From positions 21,018,001-21,082,000 of the forward strand of contig OZ024756.1 in assembly GCA_964016885.1 (NCBI GenBank): DNA of 64,000 bases, written 5' to 3'. The stretch's first letter is position 1; each line of letters opens with the position of its first letter. Shown here one piece after another: positions 56,786-64,000 of this stretch. The DNA comes from Eledone cirrhosa (lineage: Eukaryota). Both the position numbers and the translations under genes were made by a program. The notes under the pieces are model-generated. The model was given only the letters and a program-made list of their open reading frames with translations, searched no databases and had not been told where the DNA came from.

Positions 56786-57381
56786 ACGTATGTCTTAAAA
56801 CAACGAGCGGAAAAACGCGAAATTTACGAGACTGTATGAATATAATGTTTCTAAGAATTAAAGGCAATTTACGAACACAAATATACAGCAGCAATTGGTG
56901 AAATGATAGAATGGTATAAATAACAAAGATTTATGTTACACGAGTTTACTTATTGAGCAGAAAAATAAATACATGGAGAAAGAACTTAAAGTTAAATACA
57001 ATACTAGCAAATGAATATATATATATAAGCTTTGTCATTTTATCACCAATTTGAATTAAAAGGACGCTGGCGAAGTGGCTTAACACTCTATCTCAAATAA
57101 AAGAGCACAAATTTAAAAGTTGTTAAATTTCCCTTTGAAACGAATATGCACTTAAAACTTTTGCATATGCCTGTTAAATTGCTAAAATAAAAAAAAAAGC
57201 CTTCATCAGTGGAGCTCATTTTTCTTCTGTAAGAGAACAATGAATGACACTACTAATGAAATAAAAAAAACTTGACGTATGTGACTTTCTTCAAAATGGT
57301 GGTTTGTTTTAATGTTTCCTGTGCCATAAAACATTTGAAACACATTTGTTTGACTTCCATTCTTTGCCACAGAACTTATTA

Positions 57382-57436
<55 letters not shown>

Positions 57437-58512
57437 TTTTTCTTTCTTTATTAAGAAATAAAGACTTTTATAGTGCAAATTGTCACATAAGGTGACAAAT
57501 ACTATGGAAAAAAAAATCAAACATTTGTTTACTATTGTTTAAATACCAAGAATAAAGAACTGAAACATATTAGATATAGAAAGAGAGAGAGAGAGTGGAA
57601 CTGAAACATATTAGAATTAGATATAAAGACAACATAGAGAGAGAGAGAGAGAGAACCTTTGACAAGAGAACACATAATGAAATGCACCTAAAAACAACGT
57701 GTTATGTATCATGTATATATTCAGAGAAGTTAAAGTCGGTGTAAATTGAAAAAAGTGATAGAACGACACAGGACATATATTGCAAACATTCGCTTTCCGT
57801 CATACCTTTACCATTTCGGTGTCAGTTTTTGTTTTTTAATTTAAAGACACTTCCTGTTATTTTCAATCTATCTTGAAAATAATCAAGAATTTGGACGGAT
57901 TTAGCAATGTGTCTCACTTTCTTATTATTTATCTGGCGTTTAGAACATAAATGTACAAAGTTCATGATGGGAGACGTTTATATAAATACAATTACTTTAA
58001 AATAAACAGTTTTGAGTTTGCAGAATTAGCAGAACCAGGGAAAGTTTCAGGGCGGTTTGGTGTCACAAGTGTTAAATATTTTCTGTTGAAATCATGCCAC
58101 TAGACTCGACGTTGATTGACCTTTCTTCTAAAAGCATTAGATCAGCCATGTTGCTGATATCAGTCATTAAAAAAAAACGAGTTAGTTCTATCAACCAATA
58201 TCCTTTCCTTATACAAATACTCCCACCTTGTGATAACTATCCAAATTCATTTCTGCTTTGGAATGGCTTAGAGGAATGTCTTTTATTAAACTGAAGACGA
58301 TAAAGTATTTATCAGTCAGATACTATGTCGATTATTGTTTACTATGCAGACATAGTCCCGTAACTCCTGGGAGAATCGTAGGGACACCGTAGTGACATAC
58401 GGCGTTTCTTGGACGTCTTAAAACCTGGCAGAGCCCATCTCCTGTTCAGGTTTAAACACGGCAGATTTCTTCCAGAGAAGGATAGAAAGTGTGTGGATGT
58501 GTGTGTGTGTTT

Positions 58513-58570
<58 letters not shown>

Positions 58571-59597
58571 TCCTAATACTGAACTTGAAATGATGAAAGG
58601 CAGGATTTGAAATCAGAGAGCCGAAACGAATACTACGAAGCATTTTGTCCGACGTTCTAACGACTCTGCCAATTTACTGCCTATTTGGTTTACTATAGAC
58701 AAGTTAATATAACCATACTTAATGTAACCATATTTAATGTAATCATATTTAATACATGGTGCAGTAAAAATCTAACAGAAAAATATATGCGGTGATTAAA
58801 AGGCGATATCAAATGCCAAATATAATTAAAAAAACTAAGCTTATGGTGAAGGAAGAAAAGAAGAGAAAAGATCGCTGTATTTATTACTATGTAGTATCAA
58901 TGTATTCATTTATTTACTCATATATTTATTTATTTATGTTTGGTTGCTCTAGTAAAGGAATATATTATTATTACTATTATTGTTTTGCTGTTGTTTCAAA
59001 GAAAGAAATAGAGTAAACAATTGTGTTATTTAATCTATCTGCAGATGTGGCAGACATATTTGTTTTGTTTTTAAATCCATCAGTGCAAATGACATAATAA
59101 TAATTAATCTTGTGAAAGATGAAATATCAAAGACTTATTTTTTTTTTAATATAAAATAATATAAGGTCTATATATATAAAGTGGTGGGACACAGAAAGAC
59201 AATATTTTCTACCAAATATAAACGTAATAAATTGAAGAATTTTTTTCATTTTTCCTTTTCATTTAAATAGGGGAGATAACTGCAGATAACTTCGTGTATA
59301 TATGTATGTGTTCATGCATGTACGTGTGCATGTGTGTGCGCATATATGTGTCTGTGTTTGAGGAAGTGAGTGAGAGTGTGTGTATAACTGTGTTTCATTG
59401 TATACGTGTGCTTATGTGTGATCATGCATCTTTGTCTTTAGTGAAATGAGCGTCAGTGTGTGTATACATATATATATATATGTATGTATGCGCGTGTGAT
59501 GATGCTACTTCGTGAAGTGCATGTAAGTCTATCTGTGTGTGTGTGTGTGAGTGTGTACGTACCTGTGTATGAGTTATTTAGAAGCAATTTCACTAAC

Positions 59598-59745
59598 CTT
59601 TGCGATGTCCAAATTCCGGTAAGATCCGAGGGAAAGGATAAAGTCACACCTTCGTGACTAATGGATGCCAATACCGTCTCACAGACGGGTTTCATATCGA
59701 AGGATTCAACGCCATTGCAAAATGGTAAAATTGCAGTCAAAGAAA
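59598..59745 (-). CDS. APCDD1: APCDD1-family protein, internal coding exon (end of signal peptide to ...LTGIWTSQ)
   Basis: The minus-strand acceptor is tcttttattattcAG|TTTCTTTG and the donor is CAAAG|GTTAGT. The 148-nt exon (phase 1 to phase 2) translates SLTAILPFCNGVESFDMKPVCETVLASISHEGVTLSFPSDLTGIWTSQ. It splices in frame to the 32477 exon to give WTSQSCEVRPGPEF, matching the APCDD1 motif WxSxxCEVRxGPEF. Confidence 0.85.
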
Positions 59746-59997
59746 CTGAATAATAAAAGAAAAAAAAAACAAGAAATTTAACGAATTATTTATAAGTATT
59801 GCTCCAGCATTGCCCCAGTCAAATGACTGAAACCATTAAAAAAAAAAAAGAAAAAAAAAGACAAACACTACGAAAGTGTAAATTAATACAAATATCTGAC
59901 ATGACATTTTAAATCTATTTTATTTAGTGTTAGGGTTAGTCAAGCTATAAAAATTTATGAGCCGTGGAGTATATATATATATATATATATGTTTGCA

Positions 59998-60055
<58 letters not shown>

Positions 60056-60650
60056 TGCAAACATCTAATATACTATTACGTCATATAATGTAAAAGGGAA
60101 ATTCAGAATTAGTTTTCATCAATGTTAACCAGAGCAGCACTACGTCCAGGACGTCAGAGTTTAGAGAGCACATGATAAATTATCTAAATATAGTTTTAAA
60201 TTCTTTCAATTCGAGGTGACGAATTGACAGGCAGAGTTGTTAGAATGTTGAATAGAATACCTTGCGGTATTTATTCTGGCTCTCTGCATCAAAATCCCGC
60301 CGCCGAGGTCAACTTTGCTTCTCATCTTTCTGAGGTCGATAAGATAAGTACAAGTCCAATACTGGGGCCTCTAAGCGCTTTTTCACTCCCTCTCTATTCT
60401 CATCTTCATGCATGCATGTGTGTGTGTGTGTGTGTGTGTATGTGTGTGTAACTGTTTTTGCATATAAAATGTAAAACGGTGGATTTTGTGAAGGTGCGTG
60501 GCTATGATAAATAACAAATCTTCCAGGTATTTATAGATTCAATCCTAGCCGATGACATACAAACAATTTATAATAATAGAGACAATGAAACTATTAGATC
60601 CTCGAAAATCCAACTAGTAACATATATATCTATATATATATATAAATGAA

Positions 60651-60730
60651 GTAATAATAATTACGAAGACCAAAATCCGAAGAGGGCTCGATAAGGATAT
60701 ATATATATGTATATATACACACACACACAC

Positions 60731-60779
<49 letters not shown>

Positions 60780-61120
60780 TGTATATATATATATATATAA
60801 ATACATATATATATACACGTATATATAAATATAGGTGTATATATATACACGAATATGCATATATATGTTTATATATTCATATATATATTTATATAAATAA
60901 CAGATTAAAGTTTAAGCAAAGAATCGCTGCTTTCACCCTTAACGGGATCTTCTGAAACTAATTTCAGAAGATCCCGTTAAGGGTGAAAGCAGCGATTCTT
61001 TGCTTAGACTTTAATCTGTTATTTTAATAAATATTTGCTCTTCGGTTCTTATATATTTGATATATATTTATCCTTATCGAGCCCTCTTTGGATTTTAGTC
61101 TTCAAATTTATTATTATTAC
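60651..61120. mobile_element. Head-to-head inverted repeat of a PLE-like terminal repeat family
   Basis: The arms meet at 60957/60962 (TCTGAAA ctaa TTTCAGA). The family motif CAGAAGATCCCGTTAAGGGTGAAAGCAGCG also occurs at 11456-11526 (-), 11730-11890 (+) and 24901-24975 (+). Confidence 0.6.
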
Positions 61121-61125
61121 TATAT

Positions 61126-61307
61126 GTGGATTGGCAGTATCAGTAGAGGGTCGGACGCCATGCTTTCCAGCATAGTTACGTCCCTTTACGATCTGAGTTC
61201 AAATCCCGCCGAGGTTGACTTTGCCTTTCATCCTTACGGGGTCGATAAAATAAAGTACCAGTAATGCACTGGGTAATTGCTGGCCTTGTGCCTAAAGTAG
61301 AAACAAT

Positions 61308-61310
<3 letters not shown>
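61126..61310 (+). mobile_element. Family A SINE
   Basis: GTGGATTGGCAGTATCAGTAGAG...CCTAAAGTAGAAACAATTAC. Confidence 0.85.
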
Positions 61311-61343
<33 letters not shown>

Positions 61344-61741
61344 ACACACACACTTATATATTCCCGTCCAACATCCTTCGGCTTTAGACTTTAGAGAGTT
61401 CGAGAATGAATGACGGCTCAATTCAAGACAGTATGTCGCCACAGCTTTTAATTCAAGGGCGGCATTCATTGATGGGGTCGACGGAAGGGCGCTGAAAAAA
61501 TCGCTACACTGTACGTATTTAGAATAAATATTTGTCTATATGACACGACAAAAGCACGCGAACACACACGCACACACACACACACGCACACGCACGCACA
61601 CGCACACGCACACGCACACACACACAGATACACACACATGCGCGCAAACAAGTACACGCCTGTTGAGTTTCACAAATAATTCACCTGCAGCCGTGTAACT
61701 ATTTCCTTTACACAACAATGCTAATATTTTAAATACGGAAT

Positions 61742-61773
<32 letters not shown>

Positions 61774-62185
61774 CGGAATATTTACACACGCATATACAGA
61801 CACATATATAAATGTATAGATATGTATATATATTATTTATATATACACACACACATATGTGTATATATATAGAGTGAGATATATATATATATACGGAATA
61901 TTTACACACACATACAGACACATATATAAATGTATAGATATGTATATATGTATATATATTATTTATATATACACACACACACATACATACACACACATAT
62001 ATGTATATATATATATATTTAGAGAGAGAGAGTGATATATATATATATATATATATATATACGGAATATTTACCCAGACACACACAGACACATATATAAA
62101 TGTATAGATATGTATATATATTATTTATATATACTCACATGCATAGACACATATATATGTATATATATTGAGAGAGGGAGATATG

Positions 62186-62223
<38 letters not shown>

Positions 62224-62224
62224 G

Positions 62225-62279
62225 ACAGGCTGTAGAAATTGGAGCTCAGAAACCCAATGAAACTTGTTTATGTCACTGT
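62225..62279 (+). ncRNA. Degenerate hammerhead motif between (TA)n tracts
   Basis: ACAGG-CTGTAGA-A-ATTGG...CCAAT-GAAAC-ttgtttat-GTC-ACTGT, with an A6T core change. Confidence 0.42.
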
Positions 62280-62281
62280 TG

Positions 62282-62322
<41 letters not shown>

Positions 62323-62638
62323 TAGCGAGGTTTTTTATATGAAATCGTGTGTTGAAACAAATATTGTTATACGATGTTAAACAAATATATATACTATGTT
62401 GCAGATGTGCAACGAAAGATTTATGTAAATTATGTAATCTATATATATGTGTTTGTGTCTATATTGTATCTGTATTATTTTTGACCGTCGGTCAGTCAAT
62501 GGCAACATTGAGGACCGATTAAGTTAGAGCGCAGATATAAAAGACAGCGAGAAGCGAAAACCAACCAAACAGTGAGTGTGTTCTGTTATTAATTCTGGCA
62601 ATATTACACAAATATGACCCCCCCCCCCCCCCAAGTAT

Positions 62639-62685
<47 letters not shown>

Positions 62686-62844
62686 GTCTCGTAGAATCGA
62701 GACATATCCGAGGATCCTGCGGCGATTTCAGAGTCAGGTTTGATCATTGCATCGATCGTGCCTCGAGCTGGTCGTCAGAGAAGCGATTGTAATATGTCTA
62801 ATAAATCTTATTCGTCGCACCACTGATTCTCCGTTTGTTATGTG

Positions 62845-62892
<48 letters not shown>

Positions 62893-62993
62893 AACAAGGG
62901 GAGAAGAATACTGCATGGTTGCACATGGATTACATATTATAAAATTAGTCCCTCATCAGTGATTTGCCAACCGTCATTGGTATTTCATCGCAT

Positions 62994-63037
<44 letters not shown>

Positions 63038-63204
63038 TGAAACATATCTGTACCAAAACACAGCAACTGTACTTGCTATTAACTAAAATCTGTGCACCCT
63101 GAACTACGGGTTATAGTTTCGTTACTGCAATCTCGCAGAATTATTGAGTGGGTGAAGCGTTGGTCGGAGACCATTGTGTTAATATCAACGATTTTCTTAA
63201 ACCT

Positions 63205-63251
<47 letters not shown>

Positions 63252-63258
<7 letters not shown>

Positions 63259-63510
63259 AACAAAAGATGGTTAAAAGAGTTCCATGTATTTTATTATGCG
63301 CATTTCAAAAACAAATATCATCATGCAATAATATTTGTGTTTTCATCAGATAAAACAGGAGGACATGATATGAAGGTTAAAAAAACACTTGTGGATAGTT
63401 CAGTTTTAAATCTGATGAAAACACAAATATTATTGCATGATGATATTTGTTTTTGAAATGCGCATAATAAAATACATGGAACTCTTTTAACCATCTTTTG
63501 TTCTTATATA
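63252..63510. mobile_element. Fold-back (inverted) Penelope-like terminal repeat pair with HHRs
   Basis: ~100-bp arms (63252-63351 and 63410-63510) are reverse complements around a ~58-bp spacer. Each contains CTGATGA...GAAATGCGCATA. The left end is in (TA)n. Confidence 0.65.
63287..63357 (-). ncRNA. Type I hammerhead motif in left arm of inverted repeat
   Basis: Minus strand TGTTTTAT-CTGATGA-[AAACACAAATATTAT...GATATTTGTTTTT]-GAAA-T-GCGC-ATA-ATAAAATA: canonical core, 8-bp stem I, palindromic TGCGCA, AUA triplet. Confidence 0.65.
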
Positions 63511-63598
63511 TTATGTATACTCCAGTCCTACAAACTGTAGAGTGCTTCTTATCCGATATCTGCATTGCTTTATTGTGCTACAATAAAACTCACCTCCT

Positions 63599-63672
<74 letters not shown>

Positions 63673-64000
63673 AAGGGTCGTTGAAAGTTGTGAAAATGGT
63701 GAGAGTGGGTGAGTCTATTTATGACAGTGGGTCGAACAAAAACGTTTGGGAGAGAGCACTCGCCATTGGTGGTCAAGGTTTTTTTTAGACCTGTGAATTT
63801 CTTCAATTAGCTTTAGGTATTCAACTCTAACTAGTATATTAAAACAACATCAGGCAACATAAGATAGTGTACGTCTCTCTCTCTCTCTGTTCTGTTTTCC
63901 TTATATATTCCATTTTTTTCCACTTCATGTTCTATATTTATTTTTTATTTATTTCTATTTTTCCAGTGCTTTCATGTTTTTCCTGCTAACTCACACCTCG

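Noticed and set aside
63669-63677. TCF/LEF site ATCAAAGG upstream of a Wnt-target gene
   Set aside because: It is a single short match formed at a (TA)n junction and is expected by chance.

Overview
This is an AT-rich, microsatellite-saturated animal genomic window. Its SINE and (AT)n/(AC)n landscape looks like a coleoid cephalopod, probably Octopus (inference). Almost all ORFs in the supplied track are microsatellite artefacts. The only host gene I can support is an APCDD1-family gene on the minus strand, with two spliced coding exons (59598-59745 and 31943-32477) joined across a ~27 kb GT-AG intron to read ...GIWTSQ-S-CEVRPGPEF.... The rest is intronic or flanking DNA containing tRNA-derived SINEs (dispersed, tandem and inverted), RTE-clade LINE fragments, a non-autonomous RTE derivative, hAT and Tc1/mariner MITEs, a DD41D mariner-type relic and SINE-derived minisatellites. 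The most interesting signal is a dense, diverse set of type I hammerhead ribozyme (HHR) motifs, roughly 15-20 intact, variant or degenerate copies, mostly next to (TA)n tracts and often in fold-back duplications typical of Penelope-like elements (PLEs). The best example is a 792-bp non-coding element (38581-39372) with two identical 197-bp direct repeats. Each repeat carries an HHR with a compensatory U3-A8 core, so the element is a retrozyme-like unit predicted to release a 595-nt RNA. All RNA folds were read by eye and none was computed or tested.
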